From Paragordius varius (lineage: Eukaryota; Animalia; Nematomorpha), in assembly GCA_964247055.1 (NCBI GenBank), contig OZ176059.1, positions 1,054,001 to 1,118,000 of the forward strand: DNA of 64,000 nucleotides, given 5' to 3'. Position 1 is the stretch's first letter, and each line of letters opens with the position of its first letter. A program made the translations under genes and the position numbers. The notes below the pieces were generated by a model that was not told where the DNA came from, did no database searches, and worked only from the letters and a program-made list of their open reading frames with translations. This document shows positions 10,432-25,500 of this stretch, in pieces.

Positions 10432-11196
10432 TGCCACCAGATGTTAACTTGATGAGGAGATAATTATAAGAAACGTATGAATATTCGGTTTTTTTATGGT
10501 TTATATATACTAATTTTAGTTGTACATAATTTGCATTATAACAATAAAATTTCAAGTAACAAAGGATATAATATTTACATAGTACCAAAAAATATAAAAA
10601 TAATACAATTCAAATAACGCTGAAAGTTATGATATACAACCAAGTGTATTTCAAATTTGTATGTAACACAGAAAATTATGATATAAAAACAAAGTATATA
10701 TTTCAGATTTGCATGTAACATCACTTCCCCCTTAAGAGAACCGGACCGGCTTCCGCCGAATTCTCTCGGGGTAACGACGCTCGTGCGGATTTACATTGAA
10801 ATTTTCATTATTGCTATTAATATTATCATTACTACTTTCATTATTATTTTCATTTATTTTATCATTTTATTGTCATTACTACTATTATTATTATCTATAC
10901 TGTTACCATTATTATTACTGTTATTGTCTTTATCACTATCATTACTATTGTTTTGAGTGACCGGTGTGGTTGAGTTGGCGGGTTGGTCTACTTGTTTCAA
11001 TTGCTCCGCATGCTTTCTGACGATCTTCTAGTTTACCTGATCCCACACACTGTACCAAAGGAGACCTGTTCTATCAACAACATCGCCGGCTCGCCATCCA
11101 GGACTTTGTTCGTTTTTCATCATTATGCGTTGGTTTATTGAGAATTCACGGCGTGGACGGGGTGCGTCTAAGCTTTCAAACTATGATTCGTCGACA
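10432..11196 (-). mobile_element. Gypsy LTR retrotransposon remnant: integrase C-terminus, PPT, LTR (10442-10720), PBS
   Basis: Minus strand REFSINQRIMMKN...GWRAGDVVDRTG...Y...RKHAEQL...RRYPERIRRKPVRFS*, then the polypurine tract aagggggaag, LTR TGTTAC...GTTAACA, then TGGTGGCA (10439-10432), complementary to a tRNA 3' end such as Leu. Confidence 0.9.
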
Positions 11197-11723
11197 CCGC
11201 CAACTCAACGACACCGGTCACTCCTAACAATAGTAATGATAGTGATCACGCCAATAACAGTAATATTAATGGTAACAGTATAGATAATAATAACAATAGT
11301 AATGACAATATAAATGATAATAATAATGAAAGTAGTAATGATAATATTAATAGCAATAATGACAATATCAATGCAAATCCGCACGAGCGTCGTTACCCCG
11401 AGAGAATTAGGCGGAAGCCGGTCCGGTTCTCCTAAGGGGGAAGTGATGTTACATGCAAATCTTAAATATATACTTTGTTTTTATATCATAATTTTCTGTG
11501 CTACATACAAATTTGAAATACACTTGGTTGTATATCATAACTTTCAGCGTTATTTGAATTGTATTATTTTCTATATTTTTTGGGTACTATGTAAATATTA
11601 TATCCTTTGTTACTTGAAATTTTATTGTTATAAGTACAACTAAAATTAGCATATATAAACCATAAAAAACCGAATAAATATTCATTTCACGTTTCTTATA
11701 ATTATCTCCTCATCAAGTTAACA
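11197..11723 (+). mobile_element. Inverted duplicate of the Gypsy 3' end: pol tail, PPT, LTR (11447-11723)
   Basis: Reverse complement of 10442-10981: Asn-rich linker, RRYPERIRRKPVRFS* (stop 11433-11435), PPT, 277-bp TG...CA LTR. Confidence 0.92.
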
Positions 11724-12890
11724 ACGCCCCTCCAAAGAATAAAAATTTTTGCGCCTGCCTTTTAAAAAATATCAAGATAAAAATGTAAAATATATAATAA
11801 TATTATAAAAATTCCAATCAATGAGATCCTTATATCTGTTTTTAAAATATATTCCCATATCGGTGACAAATCTTGAGAAGTCGCACCTGAAATCCTCCAA
11901 TATGTTTTTGGTTTTATTTTTTAATTAATACCTCCAAATTTTTGGCGCCCTCTTTAGATTTTTATACGCCACCCTTTAAAAACCACTATTGATTCCTTAT
12001 GGCCTTATAGCCTAAAACTAACTTTAAAGCCAAGTTGTGGCATAAGTTAGAGAGTGGAGTTTTCTAGCTACAAATCGAAATGGATTTAAATATTTGCCTT
12101 TGTCCGGCAAATACCTTAAACCATCTTTAAAATCTCAAAGGTTTTCAAAAAACTTGTTTTTGCATGGTCGCGCATTTTACAGAGGATAGAGGCCCAACCT
12201 GCGGCTAAGTGAAAATACACTAGGCTAAATTTTTGTATATTTTATACAGGAATAATCATCTAAAACCACTCTTAATTTCATATAGTCTTATAACCTAGAC
12301 CAAAAATCGTTTTGGATACTTAGCTTTTATTGCAAAAAATATCGATGCTGAAGCAGCCAAATACATTGGGTAATGTAAAAAAGTGACACGACTGTGTTTG
12401 GCGATATCGCAAAAACTTAAAATAAAACTTATTGTATTCGAAATGCTTAAGATACGATTTTGGATATCTTGGAATTTTACACTCTTGTTTTCATGCTGGG
12501 TCGGGCATCTTAGGGCGCTAATTCAAAAGAAGTTCCCGATTAGTACATTTATAAACCATAAATTTCCACTGTTAAATTTGAACGGCTTATACGATTTCCC
12601 GACATTGATCTCAAAGCCAACATTTTTTATTTTTATCTATATTATATAGGTAGTAGATGTTTACATTTAAATTAATCCTTTTCATTTATCGCTTTTTGCA
12701 TAAACCGTATATTACCTATTATGGATTGTATTTACCTGTTTAGTTATTTTAAAATTATATATAATTCTGCTAAGCGTAAATAATATAAAAAATGTTGAAT
12801 AAAAAAATCCTCATGTATCTAAATATTTTACAAAATTTATGTATTTTTTAAAACTTATTATGATTTGCATTACTCAATTTATGATATAAT

Positions 12891-15367
12891 TAGAGTGACC
12901 AGATTTTTTGGAGGAAAAAACGGGACAAATCTGAAAAAGGGGAAGGGGGGCATGGGTGCGGAGTACAACCAAAAATTTTCATACAAATAATTTATTGTAT
13001 TATTTATTTATTTTTAACTCAAATACATTATAAATATAAAAAAATGTTTTATTCCTTGGTATATTTTTTATTTGAGTGAATGCGTTTTAGCATATTGCCA
13101 TCATTATTGTAGAAGTCTTCACAAGAATTTGTCAAATTATATTTGACAGATAAATGGCCTTTAAAGTTTCAACATTTAAATTTTGATTTTTCCGATGTCC
13201 ACATTTGAATCACTGTGTAATAAACGCGCTTAGTAGCAGCTTTGGTTATCGGTAAAAATAGTACAAATTCCACAATATTTAAAATATTATTGTATGGAAC
13301 ATGAATTGTTTCAAATTGATGAAATATTTCTAATCATTTCTTTTCGACTGTATTTTTTTATGTCATAATTTAAGTGTTTCATTATTAATATATTTTTTAA
13401 CTAATGATACTTCAGAAAAAAGATCATTTTCTGAAAAATTACTTTTTGAGAATTTTTGGGAGATGCAGATGTAATCAAATGATTTTTGAACATCGCACCA
13501 ATTAAATTCTGGTTTTAATGTTATCCAATGAAAATGATCAATTTCATTAATTTGCACCGTCCCCAAATATTTAAAATTGTATAAAACATTTTATTTGGTA
13601 CAGGATATCTTGGCGATATATTAAGCCTTGTTTTTCTAAATTATTTATAATATTGCGGATGGTTAATGGTATAAAATTATTTCAAACTTTTTTTAACATT
13701 GGAATTTTAGGTTACTATATCATTGGCTAGTTCGATTGCCGAAATTTTATCACCTTCTATCAATTTAATAACATATTGAAAGAGAAAGGTTGATTATGTG
13801 GGCATTCTAACCATATTTTTGAAGAATCACTTTCAAAAAACTTTTACAAAGTTGTAGGACATTTGTCCTGCGATAAAAAATCGAATTTTAAAGGATCATA
13901 CATTAAAATTCTTTCGATAGCTGGAAGAGCTAACCAACGAGTAAATATTTAAGCATTTTTAATATTGAACTTCCGCATTTTCACAGAATTTCTTAAGCGT
14001 TACGCGTACCGTGTATATATAAAAATAGGAATATATTTTAACAACTACATTTTCCACATCTAGGGGTAACAAATCAGCAGCTTTTTGAATAGCGTTGTGT
14101 ATTATATACGCTGCACACCCAACGCCAATAATGTTTTGATTAAGATTATCTGTTAATTTATAAAAAATGTTCCCCTCCTTGCTTTTCCACCGGTATTGAT
14201 GTTGTCAGCGCAATATGCGATGATTTTGTCTTTAAAATTTATTTTTTCTAGAATATTCATTATTAAAGTAAGAATTATGTCAGAATTTTCACCGGGTATA
14301 GAAATAAAATCTAAAATTTAAATTTTCTATCCGGTTTCTGGATCAAAATATCTTATTATGGGAAATAATATTGTTTCCTTGTGATTTGATGATCACAGTG
14401 TAATAAGAATTATTCAGCAAATCTTTTTGTATTACAGAAATGCATGTGGCGAAAGAAAATTTCATACAATGGCTTCAGCCTCTGTACGGGCACATGTACA
14501 TTTTTTATTGAATAAGGTACGAATAACCTGTGAGGTACAATCCATAGATCTAAAGGAATGATTGTGATTAACGGCGTAAAAAAATAAAATGCCTTCGGCT
14601 AATGCCAAATTCTTATCTTTCTCTCCAAAAGCGGTTTTCGATAAAAATCTCTGATTTTGTAAGATGATGCCGCCATATCTAAACATTTTTTATATTTATG
14701 TGTTTCCATATGCTTTGTACCATGCTTGCCGCGATTTGCTAGAGTGAATTCCCCTCGCTTAAAGAACATTTAACAAATGATTCATTCTGTTTTTTTTTGA
14801 AAGAAAATTCTTTCATCAATTCATCGTTGAATTTCGAACCTCACTCAGTACTCATAGTTTTAAACTATAATATTAGTATAAAAAAATATTATATTACCTT
14901 AATTTTCTGGAGTAAACGTATAAGCTACCGATTTGTGGTATTAATTTGTCTTTTTGATAATGTTGGCAGGTAATATAAATAAAATATTGGTATAAAAAAT
15001 ATTTTATTACCTTAATTTTCTGGAATAAACGTATAAACTACCGATTTTTGGTATTAATTTGTCTTTTTGATAATGTTAGCAGTGGGAGTAGGAAACAAAG
15101 TGTATAATCATATGATATAAATTCGAAAAAAATAAATATTTTAAATTTAAAAATAAAAATTTTAATATTGATATAGATTTTAAAGATAACTAATGATAAA
15201 AAATTTAAACGGATAAAAAAATTTTTTTATAAAATTTTTAAATGTATTTTAATATTTTTTTTATATAATCGTGAAAAAGTGTGACATTTTAAAAACTTAG
15301 CGGGATGCGGGACAAAGTGTGAAAAAGCGGGAGTGTCCTGCCAAAACTGGGACATCTGGTCACCCTA
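12891..15367 (-). mobile_element. hAT DNA transposon (Blackjack-like TIRs) with decayed transposase
   Basis: TIRs tagagtgaccagat/atctggtcacccta; 8-bp TSD gatataat/gatacaat (7 of 8 match); transposase pieces AEG...NHNHSFRSMDC...CARTEAEAIV (14462-14686) and dimerisation-like LPITKAATKRV...WTSEKS (about 13190-13260); about 110-bp direct repeat at 14870-15080. Confidence 0.9.
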
Positions 15368-15992
15368 GATACAATATAAGCAGGGGTTCCCAACGCAAAT
15401 GATACACTGCTTTAAAATTGATTGTTCATTTTTTATTTACATGCCTGCTTTTGGATGATATATCTACCAAATTCTTGTCGCCTAATCAAATTTTTTTAGA
15501 CTTTTGAATATTGAAAAAAAAGCAACGTGTTTAACGTCCCCTTAATGCATTAAGCTAAAGGACCACTGTTTCAAAGAATCAGGAAATGTTTAACACCAAC
15601 TTGAAATATTCAAGGACCAAGCCTTCAAGACTTTTTGCAAATGGTAGATCAAAGTTTTCTACTAGTAAGTTAACAATGTCCTTAAATTTTTTGTATAAAT
15701 ATTATGTATAAAAATTATTTTAGCCGAAATAATTTTTATTGATATATCTCAAAGTATTTTTTGCAAAAATATGCCATTCTTTATAGTAAAATCATAAGGT
15801 ATTGGTATACACATATGTGTTTAAAAATCGGGTTTTATGCTTATGTGAAATTATGAAGCGCCGCGCATTAGCAGACGATTTAAATTTTTTGTATGAAAAG
15901 CAGATAGTTCCTTTTAATGAAACTCTCAAGTAATTTTACGATTAATATTAAGTTTCGAACGTACATTTACTGATGAAACGATTAACTGGACA

Positions 15993-18900
15993 ATGAGTTT
16001 TCAAACTCCCCATAATCAATTTAACAAAAATTTTACAGCTCTGGAGACAACCGTGGTCGAAAGCAAGAGTTTGTTAATAAAGCCAAAATCTCGGAAAAAA
16101 TTATTAAATAGTAAATTTGTTATAAAGATTAGATATACTAGATTACTTTATCCATTCATATGAAACTGCTTATACAGATTATTTGATTGCTCAACGTATT
16201 ACCATTAAATCCAATGATTGTGTTGCTCAATTCAATTCAACAACGAAATCTTTTATGAATTATTGCGACAATATGTCTTCGGGCATCTATTCAATGCTTA
16301 TAAACTCATTTGATTATTCTACAGATAAGTGCTTGACTTCTCTAAACTTATCGAATCACCTTTTATCGCCGGAAAAAAACAATACAGTATTAGATGCATT
16401 ACCTTATACTAATACTCCTACAAACAAATATAATTATTTAAAAAGCGAATCTAAAAATATAATAGTACCCAAAACTGAACCCGATTTTATTATAGGGTTT
16501 CAAACAGCCGCTGGACAAAATATTAAACCAAATAAAAAGGCCTTACTTAACGCCGCTACCTTGTTCAATGATATAATCTTATCACAATTTTGTGATGACC
16601 AATTAATTATACCAGGCATGGATCAATACGAAAAAACTATTATGCCTAATGAACAGATCATAAAATCTGAAATTAAGTCTAATGACATTGTATTACATCC
16701 CAAAACGATATGCAATGAGCCACCAAACAATTTGTTATCTACTGGATTTGTTACCGGATGTGGTAAAGTTGTTTGCATAAACCCGAAATCATTGGAAAAA
16801 ATGATTATGTTAAGCCAAAATCAAGCATTAAACAATAATGAAAGTATTGATACTCATTTCGAAGTGCATGCATCAAATGCGGCTTTAATAACGCCTTGCA
16901 AACAAAAAGTAAATGTTCCCATAAAACTGGCGGAAGTGAAACAGGAAACCATTAATGAGGAACCAGAAATTAACAATGAACAAATTCATACACATTTCTC
17001 TGCACAGAACAATGAGATCGACTCTAAATTATTAGCATTATTGGATAATAATGATATGTTAGTGTCAAAGAATGAACATGGAAATAATGATTATTTCGAT
17101 GTTTTAGCCGTACCCCTGTCCCCATTCGATGAGTTTTTGTTGAAATCCGTGAATGACTTTGAACAAAATCTTCCAAATTCACGTACTAATCTCTGTAATA
17201 TTACCACGAATGCAATCACACAACAACAACATAAACCCGGTTATTTGTATAAACTAAAGTCAGATCCAACCGTTAAACGTATACCACTTTGTCGTTTAGC
17301 TAGGCTTGAACGTATTAAATGGCGTAAGATGCATAAGAATACTGATGTCGACTTCTTAAATACCGCCCGTTTGAATCAAATAACGTTTGCCAATGCCATA
17401 CATTACAATTTTGATCTACATGAACACAATTATTTGAAATGGATGCCTAAAGTGTTACGATCACCAAATTTTATGTCCCCGTTAAATCCTCACCATGATA
17501 AAATGGATAAAAGGCCGCCGCCCCATAAATGGAGCCCAAAATTTTCTTCCAATAAAACAACTCAACGATGTGTTAAGAGTCCATCATATGCCGTACAAAA
17601 TAAATCAAACGTATCTACCGGTAAAAATTGAGACATTTAATTATTTATTCTTTGACGGGTAAATTATATTTGAAGGGTAGTTGGAAGGTGTTGCCTTCAC
17701 AATATATTTGAGTGTGGACCTGATGAAAAAATATAATTGGAAACAAACGACGTTTTGCATATACAGTCATGTATTTTTTGTTTTATCAAAAATATTTTTT
17801 TACGTTAAATGGGTATAAATATTTGGCAAAGAATGGAAAAACACGAGCTTTATGGTAATTCTTTTCCTTTTTCGATGAATATAATATTGTTGAATACCAT
17901 AGAGCTCTTGTTTTTTCCATTTTTAACAAATATTTATACCCATTTAACAAAAGAAAATATATTCCTGATAAAATAAAGAAAACATGACTGTAACTTATGA
18001 GCCCATTATCACATTAAGCTAAAAACGAAATGATTAACGGATATTTTATATTTATGAAATATCAATCTATATACATATTAATTAAATTTTAATGAAAATT
18101 CAAAGGCATAATGCGAATGATGAGACACATATTTATCCCAAAATTAAATTAATAGGGAGGGAGGGGGCAATAAATCATTGTCATTACTAGAATCTATTAA
18201 TAATAAAATTTTAGAGACTAAATGATAAAAAAAACTATTTTATTTCATACGTAAAAACCAAAAATATATAATATATCGACAAAAGTAAGATTATCTTTTT
18301 TAGACAATCTTTATTAATCTTTTAGTTTTTGTAAAAACCTATATGATTTTTTATGTAATAAGCAATATAATGGCACTCATTTTGACAATCATGATTACAT
18401 CTGTAAAATAAAGGTCAAAATATGTTTTTTTTTATTTTAAGCACTATATTATTTTACTTATTACATTTTGTCTTTATAATTTCATTTTTTACCATATTTA
18501 AATTAATACTTTACAGGTACATTCTCACCCCAATCCGCAGTGTCACCTTTATCTATGGGTAGTCGTTCTAAAAATAAATTGCTTTCAAAACGACAATATT
18601 GTTGGATAACTAAGGATGGTGCTTCTATACCTATCCCAAAGACTTTTTTACCTGTTATAAATTATCCGTATAATGATAATTACAAAAATGGTTTTAATGT
18701 AAAAACACCTGATCTAAATAATATCGATACCAAAATTGATATGAAATTAAATGGTTTGACGGATACTGAAGAAGGCAAAATGGCATTGATAACTCCTAAG
18801 GATATGTTTAAGTATAATATGCGTTTTTATTTTCATATAACCATTTTATTTTTTAATCATTTTTAGGTAGACGCAATGTATATTATTTTTCTAACAATGA

Positions 18901-19480
18901 ATTTTGAAACAAAATTATTTTTTGTTTTATTTGTTGCGCTAATCAAATTTTTTTTTATAAGTTCGAGTATTGTTAAATTTACATGATTCCAGTTAATATA
19001 ATATATTTATTAATCAAATGTGTATAATTATATCCGTAAAAACTGTATTTTTATGTAAATAAAGATTTAGTTATGTATTATATCAGAAATTTTTTAATAT
19101 ACCCACCCACGTTTATGATTTTTTTGACATTTAACTATATTAATAACCTAAATTTTTTGTTTCAAATCAGAATATTTATCAATATGCCTGGTGTGGTGTA
19201 CAATATGCTCAAATATCCAGACCCTGAAACCTGGTTTTTCAATCATTACAAATGGATAATATTGAAATTGGCCTCAATGGAATTAAGATTTCCCACCTTA
19301 CTTGCTGGCCATTTACTTACACCACATAATGTTTTATCTCAACTTAAATATAGGTAACTCTCATATCTTTTTAATTTTAGCCTTATTCTCATTTTAGTTA
19401 TTTTATTTACAAAATTGTTTTATTAACCAGGGGTTCGCGGACCGCTTTTTAAATAAAAAAACCTGCGGGCTACTCTATGT

Positions 19481-19521
<41 letters not shown>

Positions 19522-19967
19522 ATCACCATTTACAATTCAAATTCACCCTTAAACAATTCAAATCCACCCTTGAACAAAAATCACCCTTGAACAATTCTAA
19601 TTCACTCTTAAACAAATCAAATCCACCCTTGAACAATTTGGATTCACCCTTAAACAATTAAAATTCACCCTTAAACAATTAAAATTCACCCTTGAACAAT
19701 TCAAATTCACCCTTAAGCAATTCAAATTCACGCTCAAATAATTTATATGTTTTTTAAGTTTAAAAATTACCTATATTTTTATACATTTTTAAAAAATAAA
19801 ATTTTGTTTTAAATTAAAATAATACTGAAAAATAAACATGCCATAAAGATATATTTCATATTAATAATGAGTTATATTAGTTCGAAAAACACATAATTTA
19901 CAGAGTGAATTCAAATTGTTAAAGGGTGAATTTAAATCGTTAAAGGGTGAATTTGAAGTGTAAATGG

Positions 19968-20022
<55 letters not shown>

Positions 20023-22475
20023 TGATGGCAACAAAAGAATATTTTAACACACTTTACTGAACAATCATTGGTGTTTTATAATTTCTGAGAAAACGACATG
20101 GATACCTAAAAAATATTTTGTAAATGATATTAATTTTATTATTTTTAGTTTTCCAAGATTTTGTAAAATGAACACTTTAATAATTTATAAATTGATATTA
20201 TTTGTTTTTTTTGAAAATTTTCGCGGGCATACAGAATTTTGCATAGGATTGTATGTTGGATACCCTGTTTTTGACTTTAAAATATTGCTTTTCAATTATG
20301 ACTTTTTCGTTTAGATTGCTATAATTTTAGGATGATGCTTATCATATAATTTTGTTTAAAAAAATTTCATTATCTTTTATTTTGTTGTTTCTGTTATTAC
20401 TTATAAATTTCACCTTTTACAAAACATAATGTAATGTTATCATAATAATAGTTGTAATAATTTAGATATACCATTAACAGTTCAAATTTACCCTTCAACA
20501 ATTTAAATTCACCCTCGAACAATTAAAATTCACCCTTGAACAATTCAGATTCACCCTAAAAATAAATTATATGTTTTCGAACTAATATATCCCATTATTA
20601 ATATAAATATATCTTTATGGAATAGTTTAATATTTTTTAAGTATTATTTTAATTTAAAACAAAAAAAATATGTAAAAATATAGGTAATTTTTAATCTTAA
20701 AAAACATAAAATCTATTTAATGGTGAATTTGAATTGTAAATGGTATATTATTATTTTTGTAAATATTATAGTTTTAGGAGTTATTTAAAAAAGATATTTT
20801 GCCATTAGATATGATAGGGAAATAGATTTATGTCACCGATCTTGCCTTAAACGTATTATGGAACACGATGATATACCCGAAAAAACTATGGTACTTTTTG
20901 TTTCAGACATCTACATAGATAATAATGAAACTACTACTAATGATAACCTTTGTGAAACCAATTATTCAAAAGTATGATTGTTTTACAATGTGATTATTTT
21001 TGTATAACATTTACAATTCAAATTCACCCATGAACAATTCAAGTTCACCGTCGAACAATTTAAATTCACCCTAAAATTTAACTATGAAATTTCGGTCTAA
21101 TATAACTCATCATTAAAAATTAATGTATTTTTGTGACAAATTTTATTATTTTTTCAGTATTATTTTGATTACATACAAATTTTCTTCTTTAAAAAAATAT
21201 AGGTACTTTTTAATCTCAAAAAACACTTAATTTATTTTAGTGATACTACTAATGATAAATTTTGTGAAACCATATATTTAAAAGTATGATTGTTTTACCA
21301 TGATTATTTATACATACCATTTACAATTCAAATTCACCCTTGAACAATTCAAAATCACCCTCGAACAATTCAAAATCACCCTTGAACTATTTAAACTCAC
21401 CCTAAAAATTAACTATGAAATTTCGGTTTAATATAAAACTCATCATTAAAATTTAATGTATTTTTATGGCAAAGTTTATTATTTTTTCAGTATTTTTTTG
21501 ATTACATAAAAAAATTATTTATATAGGTTATTTTTATATAAAAAAACACATAATTTATTTTAGGGTGAATTTGAATTGTTTAAGGGTGAATTTGAATTGT
21601 TTTAGGGTAAATTTGAACTGTAAATGTTATAATATTGTGAATAATTTATTTTGGATATTTTTATAAACCTCTACCTTTATACTTTTAAATATTGATATAT
21701 TAATTAAATCATGTTTTTTTATTAAAAAAACTAATTTTTATAAACTACTTCCTAATTAAAATAATTGAGGGATTTGATTTGCATTTTTACTTTTAAATAA
21801 AATAAAATAAATTAAATTTTGGGCTTTAAAAGCAAATATTTATATAAAAAAATGATATTTATTATATTTTTTAAATTTTGAAATATATATATATGTTATA
21901 TGGAGATATATACCATTTACAATTCAAATTCACCTCTGAACAATTTAAATTCACCCTAAAAACAAATTATCTGTTTTCGGGCTAATTATAACTCATCATT
22001 AATATAAATATATTCTTATGGCATAGTATATTATTTTTTCAGTATTATATTAATTTTATACAAAACTTCATTTTTAAAAATATAAAAAAATATAGGTTAT
22101 TTCTTATCTCAAAAAACACATAATTTATTTTAAGGTAAATTTGAATTGTTCAAAGGTAAATTGAATCGTTCGAGGGTGAATTTGAATCAAGGGTAAATTT
22201 TAACTGTAAATGGTATACCATTGTGAATAATTTATTTTGGATATTTTTATAAACCGTTACTTTTATAACTTTCAAATACATGATAAATTAATTAAATTTT
22301 TTTATTTTTATTAAAAAAACTAATTTTTACAAACTAGTTCCTTATTATAATAATTGAGATATTCGATTTGCATTTTTACTTTTAAATAAAATAAAATAAA
22401 TTTTGGGCTCAAAAGCAAATATTAATATAATAATAATTTTTATTACGTTTCATTTATAATTTTTATTATTCTTTT

Positions 22476-22511
<36 letters not shown>

Positions 22512-25500
22512 TTTACAATTGAAATTCACCCCTGAACAATTCAAATTCACCCTAAAAATAAATTATCTGTTTTCGGGCTAATATAACTCATCATTAATAT
22601 AAAATATATTCCTATAGCATAGTTTATTATTTTTTCAATATTATATAATTTTATACAAAACTTCATTTTTAAAAATATAAAAAAATATAGGTAATATTTA
22701 ATTTTAAAAAACACATAATTTATTTCAGGGTGAATTTGAATCGTTCAATAGGGAATTTGAATTGTTCAAGGGTGAATTTGAACTATAAATGGTATATATA
22801 TATATATATATATTATATATATGTTATATAGAGATGTATTAATTTAAGCATATATTTAACGGAATAAAAAAATAGAATAAGCATGAGACCAATAACAATC
22901 AAATTTTAGCCATGGAACTGAGCGATGGATGGTATGCTATTCAATGTGTAGTTGATCAGCCACTATTACAATTAATCAAAGGCAAAAAAATTGGTTTAGG
23001 CGATAAATTATGTATATCTTATGCCCGGCTTATAGGTTCATGCGAACCTGAAACTCCACTTTTGGTTAGTTATTACCTATTACTTATTACTTTTATTAGA
23101 TATGACAAAATATGAAATTATTAATTTTTTGATAATGATTCATTCCGAAAACTTATATGTGCTCTTTTTTGGATATCTATTTGGTTTAAGTTTGCTTTTT
23201 TATAATTCTAGCCAATTAATATATACCATTTGTATTTCAAGAGTGTCTTTTCAAGTTTGAATATTTTAAGTTGGTCCTAGTTTTTTTGTTTTGTATTTAA
23301 CTTTTATCAACCGATTTTCTATTATTTTATATTTTAAATCAATATGTACTTTTAATTATTCAAACCATACATAATTATTTTTGTGAAATTATTTTGGATA
23401 TTTATGAGATTTTAACTTTTAATTAAATATATATAAGTTTTCATTTCTAAATTATTATTTACAATTTTTCTTTGAAAACATTTAAAAGTTAATAATTTTG
23501 TAAAATTGGAGAAAAATTAGTTTGAAACAAAAAAACTGTTTTGAATAAAAGTTTTTATTTTTAAATGAATAAATATATAATAAAGAAAAATTAGGTTAAT
23601 AAATAATAGAATAAAAAAATACATGCAAAAATTATGGTATCAAAATTTCAAAATTTATGGATTAACTTGAAGTTTTCAAAGACCAATTTGAAGTGTTTAA
23701 GGACCAACTTGAAGTGTTCAAGGACCAACTTGAAGTGTTCAAGGACACTTTTGAAGTGCAAATGGTATATTATTTATTTTTTTATTTCCAGTTTCCCACT
23801 TTTTTAACAACAGATTGACTATAACGTAAAAAATATCTTTGTCAAAATTGGCTTTAGTTTTTATCTTTTTGGGTCAAATGGTTATGATATTGGTTTATTT
23901 TAATAACTCACAGAAAGCTTAATTATTTTGATATCATGTGAAAAATTAAAAAAATATATATAAGCTGCAAATATTGCTTTATGATGTAATTTTATAGTTC
24001 AATTCAACTAGTAAAAACTCCCAGGATATAAATTATTTTTTTATCAAAAAAACCATTTTAAAACCACAGTTGTCAAATCGGTTAACAAAAAGAAGGCTAA
24101 TAGTTTCGACTATGCAATATTATAAACTTGTCAGTTATATTATAGATTTAATAATTTTATTCTTCATTCGATTTGGGACTTGGGATACTTTTTTAGCATT
24201 TATTTTTTTAGATGTTACGATATCTCCCATCTTTATAAGATAAGAGTTTAATTTTTAATTCCAATTTGATACCATGGAACATTTTCATTCCAAAGTAACC
24301 TATTTTATTTGATTTCACAAAAATACAGTATGTGTAAGTATACATTGCTAGAAAGTTATTAATTATTGCCAAATAGTAAATACAACAAAGGGCAGTATTA
24401 TTGGCTTACGGTTATTTTATTCTCTTTTACAATTATTAGCCAATAATAATTCTCTTTGTTGCATATGCTATTTGGCAATAATTAATAACTTTCTAGCAAT
24501 GTATACCTACATATACTGTAATTTTTAATAACCTAAGATATTTTGGATCATAATATTCCCTTTTCATTTATATTATAAATTATTTTATAGAGTTGAAAAA
24601 GTATAATCTTTTCATTTTTTTCCATTGATATAATGTAAAGTTATCGATCAATATATCACTGTGTGCAAAAAAAGGTGGTTAATGTTTTTAACAAAAAAAA
24701 TTTTTTTTTTCCATAAGATAGCTTATTACCCGCGGATTCATTTGCCGCAAAAAATTTTATTTGTTGACGACCTAGTTTTTGAAACAGTGAGAGAAAATTA
24801 AAATTTAACAGAAAAGTGAAAATTAGTGATATATAATTAGAATATAATCATTAAACTTGAGATATTATGGTTTATTTTCATTTTAGGAGATATTTTCAAT
24901 ATTTAAATAGCCTTAAACTTAGGGTCGTTTTTAATAACTTTGATCGAAAAATCCCGTTTATCTTTAACCATATCAAAAAACAAAGGTTTTTTTATAAAAA
25001 TATATTGAAATATTTTTTTAATTATTTGCTAGCTAAACTCACTATTAAAATCTCAACATTCGTATTTTATTCAGTAAAAAAAATTGTATATCAAAATAAA
25101 ACTAAAAAAATATTGTTTTAATTTTTCATTTAGTTTATGAGTGTATAAAAAATATACTGCCTTATATTGGAATTTCACATGAGTGTTAATTATAAAGTAT
25201 ATAAATTAATACAAAATAAATTTACAAGTAGTGGGATATTAACCAAAAATCCTTACAATCCCCGTAAAAAGTTTGTTTTAACACAAGTTAATATTTTTAC
25301 TGGGATATATATGGATTTTTGGTTAATTTTCCACTATTTGCAAATTATAATTTGAATTTATATACTTTATAATTCCCGCTCATGTGAAATTCCAAAATAA
25401 AACAGTAATTTTTTTATGCAGTCCTAAATCAGATGACAAAAAAGGGAAAAAATAAAAAACAACATTTTTTAGTATTTTCATATAGAAGTATTTTTTACTG

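Noticed and set aside
11314-11643. 109-aa hydrophobic ORF, and its mirror at 10406-10588
   Set aside because: Off-frame reading of the Asn-rich Gypsy linker and LTR.
19526-19740. Regular 21-bp repeats resembling a CRISPR array
   Set aside because: Units are contiguous with no unique spacers, lie inside MITE arms in a eukaryotic intron, and there are no cas genes.
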